A stretch of DNA of 64,000 nucleotides, taken from contig PSMU01000001.1 in NCBI GenBank assembly GCA_040290255.1, positions 288,001-352,000 on the forward strand. The letters run 5' to 3'. The notes beneath the pieces are model-generated. The model had not been told where the DNA came from, searched no databases, and worked only from the letters and a program-made list of their open reading frames with translations. The translations under genes and the position numbers were made by a program. The stretch comes from Nitrososphaerota archaeon. GTDB lineage: Archaea; Thermoproteota; Nitrososphaeria; PSMU01. Below are positions 48,202 to 56,990 of the stretch, piece by piece (the stretch's first letter is position 1; every line of letters starts with the position of its first letter).

Positions 48202-49062
48202 CACATACGAGAGCGCCTCGGCCTCGCCGAGCTCCACTCCGAACCTCCTCCTGAAGAAGAGCAATATGTTCCTCACGTCCCTGCGGAGCAGCGCCAGGGC
48301 GTTGGGATGGCTGGAGGGCAGCGCCTGGGGCCAGTCGATGATCCAGCAGCCGCCGCTCCTGTCGCAGAGCACGTTGAAGGGGCTCAGGTCCGCGTTCACC
48401 AGGCCCCCGCGATATGCCCTGCCTATCTGCTCCAGCAGCTGCCTGAGCATGAGCGCCGGGTCCGGCAGCTCCCTGACGCGCCAGAGCAGGTCGCCCTCCA
48501 CCCTCTCGGCCACCACGGCGTGGAGCCTTCTGGCCACGGGCCTGGGCACCCTCACGCCCAGCGAGTAGGCCCTCTTGGCGTTCCTGAACTCCCTGGCGGC
48601 CGCCTCGATGCTGATGCGCAGCCACCCGCCCGCCTCGCCCGGGCCCACGTAGGCCCTCTTCCTCCTCACATCCCTGAAGCTCACCCTCCCTATCCTGTAG
48701 AGCTTTAGCGAGAGCGCCTCCCCCTTTTCGCCCAGGGCCTCGTACACGTCCGCCTCCTTGCCCATGCCCAGGGCCCGGCCCAGCGAGGTGATGATGCCCG
48801 CCTCCCTCAGCTCCTTAAGCGCGAGCGCATCGAGCCCCCTGCTCAGCAGCACGTAACCTCCCCTCAGCCTCGCGATATAGCGCCTTCTGTGCAACCGGCC
48901 CAGCTCCTCCTTCACCTTGGAGGGGCTGAGCCCCGTCAGGGCCACCAGCTCCCTTGTGCTTAGCGCCTCTCGCGCCCTCAGGGACCTTGCCCAGGCCTTC
49001 AGCAGCAGAAGCTGCTCTCGCCCCAGGCCTCCTAGCCCGGCGAAGAGCTCATGAAGCGACAA
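48172..49062 (-). CDS. rio2: RIO2-type protein kinase
   Basis: N-terminal wHTH, G.GKE.DVY, R.GR.SF, DLSPFN and IIDWPQ. Confidence 0.92.
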   Translation of the reverse strand: MSLHELFAGLGGLGREQLLLLKAWARSLRAREALSTRELVALTGLSPSKVKEELGRLHRRRYIARLRGGYVLLSRGLDALALKELREAGIITSLGRALGMGKEADVYEALGEKGEALSLKLYRIGRVSFRDVRRKRAYVGPGEAGGWLRISIEAAAREFRNAKRAYSLGVRVPRPVARRLHAVVAERVEGDLLWRVRELPDPALMLRQLLEQIGRAYRGGLVNADLSPFNVLCDRSGGCWIIDWPQALPSSHPNALALLRRDVRNILLFFRRRFGVELGEAEALSYVLADGAQAPA

Positions 49063-49068
49063 CCTGCC

Positions 49069-50700
49069 CTAGCGGGCCAGGCTGGGGGCCGTCAGCGGCA
49101 GGACCTGCCCCGTCCTCCTCCTCCAGGCCTCCCTGACGAGCCAGAGGTAGGCCGGCTCGGGGCTGAGGGCCTTGCTCGAGAACTCCGGATGGAACTGCGT
49201 CGCGAGGAAGGGCCTTCCCCTGAGCTCCGCGATCTCCACCCTCCTGCCATCCTCGCTGAGGCCCGAGAAGACCACGCCGGCCCGCTCGAAGGCCTCGCGG
49301 TAGCTCAGGTTCACCTCGTAGCGATGGCGGTGGCGGCGCCTTATGGTCGTGCTGCCGTAGATGGCATGGGCCAGCGTGCCCTCGAGGATCCTGACCACGT
49401 GCGCGCCCAGCCTCATGCTGCCGCCCATCCTCTCCACCCCCCTCTGCTCGGGAAGGAGGTCGATCACGGGATGTGGCGTCTTAGGGTCGAGCTCCGTGGA
49501 GTTGGCCTCGGTCAGCCCCAGGTAGCTTCTCGCTATGGCGACCAGGCCCAGCTGAAAGCCGAAGCAGAGGCCCAAATAGGGAAGCCCCTCGCTGAGCGCG
49601 CGCTGGGCGGCCCTTATTATTCCCTCGCTTCCCCTCCTATCAAAGCCTCCGGGCACCACGACGGCATCATGGCCCTCCAGCAGGCCCGCCGCGGCCCCCT
49701 CCTCAAACCTCTCGGAGGGCAGCAGGTCGACCTGCACCTTCAGGCCGTAGTGCAGGCCCGCATGCTCCAGCGCATGTAGTACGCTCACATACGTATCCCT
49801 GGTGGCGGCATATTTGCCCACGAGCGCGATCCTGACCTCCCCCTGCGGCCTCAGGCAGGCCTCCATGAGCCTCTGCCACTCGCCCCAGGCAAGGGGCCTC
49901 TCTTCGAGCTCCAGCTTCCTGCTGATGACGCGGTGCAGGCCCTCCTCGGCCAGCACCTTGGGCAAGAGATAGACCGAGGGAAGGTCCGGGCTCGAGATGA
50001 CGGCCTCCTGCTCCACGTTCGTGAAGAGGCTGATCTTGGCCTTCGCCTCCCTGCTCAGGTAGCTCTTGGAGCGCACGATGATCACGTCGGGCTGTATGCC
50101 TATCCTCCTGAGCTCCTGCACGCTGTGCTGGGTGGGCTTGGTCTTCTGCTCGCCTCCCGCCTCCGGGGCGAGCGTGACGTGAACGAAGAGCGTGTTCTTG
50201 GCGCCCTCCTCCAGCCTCAGCTGCCTAAAGCTCTCCAGGTAGGGCAGGCCCTCGATGTCGCCTACGGTGCCGCCGCACTCCACGAGCAGGACCTCGGCGC
50301 CCGTCCTAGAGGCCAGCTCCCTGATCCTGCGCTTCACCTCGTCGGTGATGTGGGGGATTATCTGCACGCACTTGCCCAAGTACTCTCCCCTCCTCTCCCC
50401 CTCGATGACGCTCAGGTAGACCTGGCCGGTCGTGATGTTGGCCTCCTTGCTGAGGTCGAGGCCAAGGAACCTCTCATAGGTGCCTATGTCCATATCGCAT
50501 TCGCCCCCGTCCTCGGTCACAAAGACCTCGCCGTGCACATAGGGGTTCATGGTGCCGGCGTCCACGTTCAGGTACGGATCTATCTTCGCACATGAGACGT
50601 TATAGCCCATGAGCTGAATGAGCTTAGCCGTCGAGGCGGTCACAACCCCCTTGCCCAGCCCCGACATCACTCCGCCAGTTACGAAGATGAACTTCCGCAT
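49069..50700 (-). CDS. pyrG: CTP synthase
   Basis: [40 protein letters not shown] and QFHPEF. Confidence 0.98.
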   Translation of the reverse strand: MRKFIFVTGGVMSGLGKGVVTASTAKLIQLMGYNVSCAKIDPYLNVDAGTMNPYVHGEVFVTEDGGECDMDIGTYERFLGLDLSKEANITTGQVYLSVIEGERRGEYLGKCVQIIPHITDEVKRRIRELASRTGAEVLLVECGGTVGDIEGLPYLESFRQLRLEEGAKNTLFVHVTLAPEAGGEQKTKPTQHSVQELRRIGIQPDVIIVRSKSYLSREAKAKISLFTNVEQEAVISSPDLPSVYLLPKVLAEEGLHRVISRKLELEERPLAWGEWQRLMEACLRPQGEVRIALVGKYAATRDTYVSVLHALEHAGLHYGLKVQVDLLPSERFEEGAAAGLLEGHDAVVVPGGFDRRGSEGIIRAAQRALSEGLPYLGLCFGFQLGLVAIARSYLGLTEANSTELDPKTPHPVIDLLPEQRGVERMGGSMRLGAHVVRILEGTLAHAIYGSTTIRRRHRHRYEVNLSYREAFERAGVVFSGLSEDGRRVEIAELRGRPFLATQFHPEFSSKALSPEPAYLWLVREAWRRRTGQVLPLTAPSLAR

Positions 50701-50740
50701 GGCCAGCTCCTCGCTCCTGCCTAAATTAACTTTACGCGCC

Positions 50741-51697
50741 CTACTCCCTCAGCGGGCCGGCGAGGTCCGCCAGGTCCACCCAGAGGCCCGCTATATCGAG
50801 GAGCAGGGAGCAGACGACGGCCAGCTCGGCCCCGCGGTTGGAGGAGAGCAGGGTGCCCGCCAGCTCCCTGGCGCGCTCATACGTCTCGTGCGCTGCGAGC
50901 GTGCGGCCCATATCCCTGGAGAGGAAGGCCCCAAAGGCCTGCTCCTGTCCTTCCTTAAGGAGGGCCAGCAGCCTGAGAAGCCCTTCCCCTTCATGCCCAA
51001 GGCGGGGCGCCTGAGCGAGCGCCACCGCCTTATCTCCTATTCCCTCGAGCAGCTGTGAGGCCACCCTGAAGTCCAGCAGCCGGAGCGGCGACAGGCCCAG
51101 CCGGAGCGCCAGCGAGGGGTCCGAGGCCGCGCCCCTCAGCAGCCTCACGAGGTAAAAATAGAGCCTATCCACGACCTCATCCTCGTCCAGCACCTTCTTG
51201 GGCTCCTCCCTTCCCAGGGCCGCCTCCAGGGCCCACCGCTGCATCTTGAGCGTGCTGACGTGCATCCTCCTCAGCGCCTGCTCCGGCGCTAGGCCCGAGG
51301 CATCGGCCATAACTCGCAGCAGCAGCTCGCCGTCCTCCTCGACCAGCTCCAGGCCCAGCAGTTTGGAGGTCAGGGCCCTTATCAGCTGCCTTGCCCCCTC
51401 GGCCATCCCCTTCTCGGCGCTAATGCGTATATCATCATATCCATCTAGGTATGCGGCGACGAGCTCGTTGTAGAAGGCCCCCTCCTGGCCCTGTGCATAC
51501 CTCAGCGAGATCGACCTGCGGGCGGCCTGAGCCCCTTTCCAGGGCAGCAGCAGCAGCACCCTGCCCTCTATCCTGGCCTCAAGCGGGTCGCCCTTCTTAA
51601 GGCCCAGGGCCTTGGCCCACGCATGAGGAACCGCGACCACCAGCGAGCCGCCGCTCCTCTGAAGGCGCCTCAGCTCGGTCCTAGGCGCTTGATACAT
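50741..51697 (-). CDS. AbrB-PhoU family transcriptional regulator
   Basis: RRLQ..GGS..V..P..W....GL.KGD, AAYL.GYD, DE.VDRLY and LE.IGD. Confidence 0.85.
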   Translation of the reverse strand: MYQAPRTELRRLQRSGGSLVVAVPHAWAKALGLKKGDPLEARIEGRVLLLLPWKGAQAARRSISLRYAQGQEGAFYNELVAAYLDGYDDIRISAEKGMAEGARQLIRALTSKLLGLELVEEDGELLLRVMADASGLAPEQALRRMHVSTLKMQRWALEAALGREEPKKVLDEDEVVDRLYFYLVRLLRGAASDPSLALRLGLSPLRLLDFRVASQLLEGIGDKAVALAQAPRLGHEGEGLLRLLALLKEGQEQAFGAFLSRDMGRTLAAHETYERARELAGTLLSSNRGAELAVVCSLLLDIAGLWVDLADLAGPLRE

Positions 51698-51730
51698 ATC
51701 AATATGTATTGAATGTATGCAATATTGATA
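51692..51730. promoter_or_regulatory. AT-rich nested inverted repeats, putative operator
   Basis: ATACATAT-CA-ATATGTAT (51692-51709) and TATCAATAT-N16-ATATTGATA (51697-51730). Confidence 0.65.
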
Positions 51731-51753
51731 AGGTTTGCTCACGTGGTGGGCCC

Positions 51754-52695
51754 GTGCCCCCCTCCGTGCTCGTGCCCGCCCATATAACGGGCTTCTTCTA
51801 TCCGCTGCTGGACTCACCGGATCCGCTACGCCAGGGCTCGCTGGGCGCGGGCGTCTCGCTGCAGATGGGCATGCGCACCGAGGCCGAGTTCCTTGAGGGA
51901 GAGCAGGGGAGCGTGGAGGTCTGGATAAATGGGGAGCAGGTCGAGGAGGCCCCCGTCAGCCGGCGCGTGGGCGAGCTGCTCCTGCTCTGGAGCCGGAAGA
52001 GCGGTAAGCTCGTCCTGAGGCATGAGGCCTACGCCCCCATAGGCGCGGGCTTCGGCATGAGCGGCGCGGCGGCGCTCGGCGCGGCCCTCGCGGGGGCCAG
52101 GGCGCTGGGCCTGGCCCTAAGGCCCCTTCAGCTCGCCCAACTGGCCCACCTGGTGGAGGTGGAGCAGCGCACGGGGCTGGGCACGGTGATAGCCGAGTAC
52201 TATGGAGGCCTCGAGCTGAGGCTCAGGCCCGGCGCGCCCGGCATAGGCCAGCTGATCAAGCTGAAGCTCGCCGAACCATATTACGTGCTGGCCTCGTACA
52301 ATGGGCCGATGAGCACCCGGGCCCTGCTCTCCAGCCAGGAGGTCCTGAGCGAGGTGAGGGCCCTTGCCCCTTCCCTCCTGGCGCGCCTGCTCAGGGAGCC
52401 CAGCGCCGAGCTGTTCATGAGGCTGAGCCACGAGTTCTCGCTCGCGCTCACCGGCGTGCCGGGCGCCGTGAAGGAGGAGCTGAGGAGGCTTAGGCAGGAG
52501 GGCCTGCTCATGGCCATGGCGATGTTCGGCCACACGTACTTCACGCTCGTGCCCGAGTCCCGGCTCGACGAGGAAAGGAGGAGGGCCTCGCAGCTGATCG
52601 CGGGGCGCAGGCTCTACCTCGCCAGGGTGGATGAGGAGGGCTTGGAGGGAAGGCTGCTCTATGAGGATCCCGCCCAACCATCCCAGGGCCGCTAG
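51754..52695 (+). CDS. pok: Pantoate kinase (GHMP)
   Basis: PAHITGFF, GS.GAG, P.G.GFG.S, TGLGTV and R..PGAPG. Confidence 0.92.
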   Translation: MPPSVLVPAHITGFFYPLLDSPDPLRQGSLGAGVSLQMGMRTEAEFLEGEQGSVEVWINGEQVEEAPVSRRVGELLLLWSRKSGKLVLRHEAYAPIGAGFGMSGAAALGAALAGARALGLALRPLQLAQLAHLVEVEQRTGLGTVIAEYYGGLELRLRPGAPGIGQLIKLKLAEPYYVLASYNGPMSTRALLSSQEVLSEVRALAPSLLARLLREPSAELFMRLSHEFSLALTGVPGAVKEELRRLRQEGLLMAMAMFGHTYFTLVPESRLDEERRRASQLIAGRRLYLARVDEEGLEGRLLYEDPAQPSQGR

Positions 52696-53437
52696 CCTTA
52701 TCATCAGGGAGAGGCTGGTGGAGGCATACCGGCAGGGCATCGTCGCGCCCGAGGGGCTCCTCGCCCACGGCAGGGGGGAGGCCTTCGATTACCTTCTTGG
52801 CGAGAGGACCATACCGGAGGCGGAGAGCGCGATCGAGGCCGCCGCCGCGCTGCTCCTCCTGGCGGCCAGGCCGGTGATCTCTGTCAACGGCAACGCCTGC
52901 GCGCTTGCGGCCGAGGAGCTGGTCAAGCTCTCGAAGGTCACGGGCGCGCGCCTGGAGGTGAACCTCTTCTACAGGACGAGGCAGAGGGAGGAGGCGATCG
53001 CGCGGCGGCTGAAGGAGGCGGGGGCCGAGGAGGTCTACGGCGTGGGCGAGCAGGCCTCGGCGACGATCCCCGAGCTCTCCAGCGAAAGGAGGCGCGTGGA
53101 CCCCCGGGGCATCCTGGCGGCCGATGTGGTGCTCGTGCCGCTCGAGGATGGCGACAGGACCGAGGCCCTCAGGAGGCTGGGCAAGCAGGTGATCGCCATA
53201 GACCTGAACCCCCTCTCCAGAACGGCCCGCATGGCCACGGTGACGATCGTCGATAACATCGTGAGGGCGCTGCCCCGGCTAGTTCAGGCCTGCGCAACGC
53301 TGAGGACCCTAGGAAGGGAGGAGCTGGCCTCGAGGGTATCCTCCTTCAACAACGAGCGAAACCTAAGGGCCGCGCTGGCCAGGATCCTGGAGGGCCTGAG
53401 AAGGCTGGCGGGTGAGGAGGATGGCGGAGAGGGTTAG
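52661..53437 (+). CDS. pps: Phosphopantothenate synthetase
   Basis: IP..HPR..SL, AHGRGEAFDYL, SVNGN, PLEDGDR and IDLNPLSRT. Confidence 0.95.
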   Translation: MRIPPNHPRAASLIIRERLVEAYRQGIVAPEGLLAHGRGEAFDYLLGERTIPEAESAIEAAAALLLLAARPVISVNGNACALAAEELVKLSKVTGARLEVNLFYRTRQREEAIARRLKEAGAEEVYGVGEQASATIPELSSERRRVDPRGILAADVVLVPLEDGDRTEALRRLGKQVIAIDLNPLSRTARMATVTIVDNIVRALPRLVQACATLRTLGREELASRVSSFNNERNLRAALARILEGLRRLAGEEDGGEG

Positions 53438-54290
53438 GAAGGTCTCGGTGCAGGACCTCTGGGAGAAGAAGGCCAGGGGCGAAAAGATCGTGATGGTGAC
53501 GGCCTACGATTATCCCTCGGCCAGGGCCGCGGAGGAGGCGGGCGTGGACGTGATCCTCGTGGGGGACTCGGGGGCCATGGTCGTGCTGGGCTATGAGGAT
53601 ACCAGGCCCGTGACGATGGAGGAGATGCTCGTGCTCTCGAGGGCCGTGGCCCGGGGCGCGAGGAGGCCCCTGCTCGTCGGGGACATGCCCTTCATGTCCT
53701 TTCAGGCGGGCGTCGAGGAGGCCCTAAGAAATGCCGGGCGCTTTATAAAGGAGGGGGGCATGGATGCGGTGAAGATCGAGGGCGGCGCCGAGCAGGCGCG
53801 GGTGGTAAGGGCCCTGACCGAGGCGGGCATCCCCGTCATGGGCCACATAGGCTTCACGCCCCAGAGCGTGCCCATCTGGAAGGGCTACCGCTCCCAGGGC
53901 AAGAAGGCCGAGGACGCGCTCAGGCTGCTGGAGGATGCGGTGGCGCTCGAGGAGGCGGGCGCCTTCTGCATAGTGCTCGAGATGGTCACGGCCGAGGCGG
54001 CGGAGGCGATCACGGCCCGGCTCAGGATACCTACGATAGGCATAGGCTCGGGCCCCGGCTGTGACGGACAGGTGCTCGTGCTGCACGACCTGATCGGATA
54101 TTACGATAGGTTCACGCCCAAGTTCGCGAAGCGGTATGCCGATGTGAGGGGCATCGTGCTTCAGGCGCTGAGGGCCTATAGGGAGGAGGTGCTGGGGGGC
54201 CACTTCCCGGGCGAGGAGCATCTATTCAGGATGGAGCCCGGCGAGCGGGAGAAGTTCCTGGCCCGGCTGGCGGCGTGGAGGCGGGCATAG
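53421..54290 (+). CDS. panB: Ketopantoate hydroxymethyltransferase
   Basis: TAYD, LVGDS, DMPF.S, VKIEG, GHIG.TPQ and DGQVLV. Confidence 0.96.
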   Translation: MAERVRKVSVQDLWEKKARGEKIVMVTAYDYPSARAAEEAGVDVILVGDSGAMVVLGYEDTRPVTMEEMLVLSRAVARGARRPLLVGDMPFMSFQAGVEEALRNAGRFIKEGGMDAVKIEGGAEQARVVRALTEAGIPVMGHIGFTPQSVPIWKGYRSQGKKAEDALRLLEDAVALEEAGAFCIVLEMVTAEAAEAITARLRIPTIGIGSGPGCDGQVLVLHDLIGYYDRFTPKFAKRYADVRGIVLQALRAYREEVLGGHFPGEEHLFRMEPGEREKFLARLAAWRRA

Positions 54291-55198
54291 TGGGCGCCGG
54301 CGCGGTGGGCAGGCTCCTGGCCTGCCTGCTGAGCCTCGGCGGGGCCCGGGTGACGCTCTATGCCAGGGACGAGGCGAAGAGGAGGGCCCTGGAGCAGCAG
54401 GGGCTAAGGCTCGAGGGGCCGGAGGGAGTGAAAACGGCCAGCGTGAAGCTGGCCCGCGGTCCCGAGGAGCTGGCCGAAGCGGGCTTCGTCATCCTGGCCA
54501 CCAAGGCGCACCAGCTGGAGGGCGCGCTGCAGGAGCTGCGCCCGGTGCTGGCCAGGGGCCCCTGCCTCGTGCTCGTGCAGAACGGCATGGGCTTTCAGGA
54601 GAGGGTGGCCCAATCCGTGGGGCCCGAGAGGCTGGTGGTGGCCTCGCTATATATAGGGGCCCAGCTGCGCGATGAGGGCAGCGTGCTGTATGCGGGAGGC
54701 AGCGATGTGGAGCTCGCCGCGCTGGCGCCCTCCGCCCGCGGCCGCCTGGAGGAGGCCTCTCGCCTCTTCGCGGCCGGCGGGCTTCGCGTGCGCATCAGGC
54801 AGGACTGGAGGGCCATGCTCTGGGAGAAGCTCATCGTGAATTCGGCCATAAATCCCATCACGGCGCTGAGCGGGCTCTCGAACGGCGAGGTGCTGCAGGT
54901 CCCCTCGCTTGCCCGGCTGCTGGTGCGCGTGGCGCACGAGAGCTATAGGGTCGCGCTGGCGGAGGGCATAGGGCCCTCCTTCACGGACCCCGCGGCCAAG
55001 GTGCTGGAGGCCTGCAGGAGCACGGCCTCCAACAGGTCCTCCATGCTACAGGACCTGCAGGCCGGCAGGAGGACCGAGGTCGACTTCATCAACGGATACA
55101 TCGTGGAGAAGGCCCAGGAGAGGGGCGTGGAGGCGCCTTTGAACCTGGCGCTTTATGCCCTGGTCAAGGGGAGGGAGAGGGCGCTTGGCGTCGGCTGA
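54275..55198 (+). CDS. panE: Ketopantoate reductase
   Basis: GAGAVG, TKA, QNG, W.KL.VN..IN and SSMLQD...GR.TE...ING. Confidence 0.93.
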   Translation: MEAGIVGAGAVGRLLACLLSLGGARVTLYARDEAKRRALEQQGLRLEGPEGVKTASVKLARGPEELAEAGFVILATKAHQLEGALQELRPVLARGPCLVLVQNGMGFQERVAQSVGPERLVVASLYIGAQLRDEGSVLYAGGSDVELAALAPSARGRLEEASRLFAAGGLRVRIRQDWRAMLWEKLIVNSAINPITALSGLSNGEVLQVPSLARLLVRVAHESYRVALAEGIGPSFTDPAAKVLEACRSTASNRSSMLQDLQAGRRTEVDFINGYIVEKAQERGVEAPLNLALYALVKGRERALGVG

Positions 55199-56417
55199 GG
55201 GCTATAGGCCCGCCTCGGAGATAAGGGGCACGAAGGGCAACCGGCTGCAGGGCGTGAATGTGATCCTGGGCATCTGTGGGAGCATAGCGGCGCTGGAGAG
55301 CTACAGGGTGGCCAGGGAGCTGATAAGGGAGGGGGCCGAGGTGTGGCCCGTGCTCACGCCCAGCGCCAGGAGGCTCGTGAGCGAGGAGGCGCTCTGGTGG
55401 GCCACGGGCAACAGGCCCATCACCCGGCTCACGGGCGCGCTGGAGCATGTGCTGCTGCTCAAGAAGCAGAACCCCGTCATGCTCATAGCCCCCGCCACGG
55501 CCAACACGCTCGCTAAGATCGCGGCGGGCATCGATGATACGCCCGTCACGAGCCTTGCCTCCGTCGCCCTGGGCCTGGGCGTGCCGCTGCTCGCCGCGCC
55601 GGCCATGCACGAGCCCATGTACAGGAACCCCTTCGTGGCCCAGGCGATGAAGAGGCTGAGGGAGGCGGGCATCCTCTTCATCGAGCCCAAGGTGGAGGAG
55701 GAGAAGGCGAAGATGGCCGAGCCCGAGAGGATCCTGGAGGCCGTCGTGGCGGCGGTCAGCCCCCCGCTCAGGGGGCGCCGGCTGCTGATCACGGCGGGGC
55801 CCACCGTGGAGCACTTGGATCCCGTGCGCGTAATAACGAACAGGAGCAGCGGGCTGATGGGCCTTGAGCTGGCCAGGGAGGCGCGCAGAAGGGGCGCGGA
55901 GGTGACGCTCATCCTGGGCCCCACGCCCCTGGAGCCCCCGCCGGGCGTGCGCGTGCTCAGGGCGCTGAGCGCCTCCCAGATGGCGGAGCTCGTGGCCTCG
56001 GAGCTGGCCTCCGGCGAGTATCATGCCGTGCTCGCGGCCGCGGCGCCGGCGGACTTCAGGCCCACATCCCCTTCGAGGCGCAAGCTGGACAGCCGCGTGC
56101 GCAGGCTCAGGCTGGAGCTGGTGCCCACGCCGAAGGTCATCGGCCAGGTCAAGAGGCTGAGGCCCGGCGCGCTGCTGGTCGCCTTTAAGGCGGAGCCCAG
56201 CGCAAGCGCGCTGAGGAGGAGGGCGCCGCTGCTCTTCAAGGAGGCGGGCGCGGACCTCGTCGTGGCCAACGAGGCCGCGGAGGGCTATGGCCCGGGCGAA
56301 GTGCGCCAGAGGGGCTTCATCCTCGACCGGCAGGGCCGCAGGCTCTCCTTCGAGGCCGACAAGGCCTCGCTGGCCTCGCTCATCCTGGACCTGGTGCAGG
56401 AGAGGCTGAAGGCATGA
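55185..56417 (+). CDS. coaBC: Bifunctional CoaBC
   Basis: GSIAA, APATANT, PAMH..M, TAGPT.E.LDPVR..TN.SSG and AA.AD. Confidence 0.95.
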   Translation: MASAEGYRPASEIRGTKGNRLQGVNVILGICGSIAALESYRVARELIREGAEVWPVLTPSARRLVSEEALWWATGNRPITRLTGALEHVLLLKKQNPVMLIAPATANTLAKIAAGIDDTPVTSLASVALGLGVPLLAAPAMHEPMYRNPFVAQAMKRLREAGILFIEPKVEEEKAKMAEPERILEAVVAAVSPPLRGRRLLITAGPTVEHLDPVRVITNRSSGLMGLELAREARRRGAEVTLILGPTPLEPPPGVRVLRALSASQMAELVASELASGEYHAVLAAAAPADFRPTSPSRRKLDSRVRRLRLELVPTPKVIGQVKRLRPGALLVAFKAEPSASALRRRAPLLFKEAGADLVVANEAAEGYGPGEVRQRGFILDRQGRRLSFEADKASLASLILDLVQERLKA

Positions 56418-56971
56418 AGGGCCCGCTCTTCGCGCTCACGGGCCCCCCGGGCTCGGGCAAGACGACGCTGGCGCTGAGGCTCGTGCAGGACATAAGGGCC
56501 CAGGGCCATGCGGCGGGAGGCGTCATCAGCCTGGAGGTAAGGGAGGGCGGTAGGAGGACGGGGTTCGTGATGAGGGACCTGCTCACGGGCGAGCAGGAGC
56601 TCCTGGCGACGACGAAGGGGGGCCGGGGCCCGAGGCTGGGGCGCTACTTCGTGAACGTAGAGGGCATAGGCGGCTTCTGCAGGAGGGCCCTGGAGAGGGC
56701 CAGGCAGCAGGGCGGGCTGGTGGTCGTGGATGAGGTGGGGCCCATGGAGCTGCTGAGCGAGGAGTTCGTGGGGGCGGTGGAGGAGGCGCTGGGCTGGGGA
56801 AGGCCGCTGCTCGTGGTGCTGCACCAGAGGAGCGCCCATGCCCTGGCGAGCAGGATAAGGGCCAGCGCGAGGGCGCTCTACTCCCTGGCCGAGAGGCCCC
56901 CCGAGCTCGTGCGCCGGGAGCTGCTGGAGGCGCTGCTGGCCGAGCTTCGGGCGGCTAAGCCTTATTATTAG
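56414..56971 (+). CDS. NTPase (COG1618/THEP1)
   Basis: TG.PGSGKTT, EVRE.G.R.GF, G.Y.V and DEVGPMEL. Confidence 0.92.
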   Translation: MKGPLFALTGPPGSGKTTLALRLVQDIRAQGHAAGGVISLEVREGGRRTGFVMRDLLTGEQELLATTKGGRGPRLGRYFVNVEGIGGFCRRALERARQQGGLVVVDEVGPMELLSEEFVGAVEEALGWGRPLLVVLHQRSAHALASRIRASARALYSLAERPPELVRRELLEALLAELRAAKPYY

Positions 56972-56990
56972 GGTGCGCGCGCCTCGCGCC

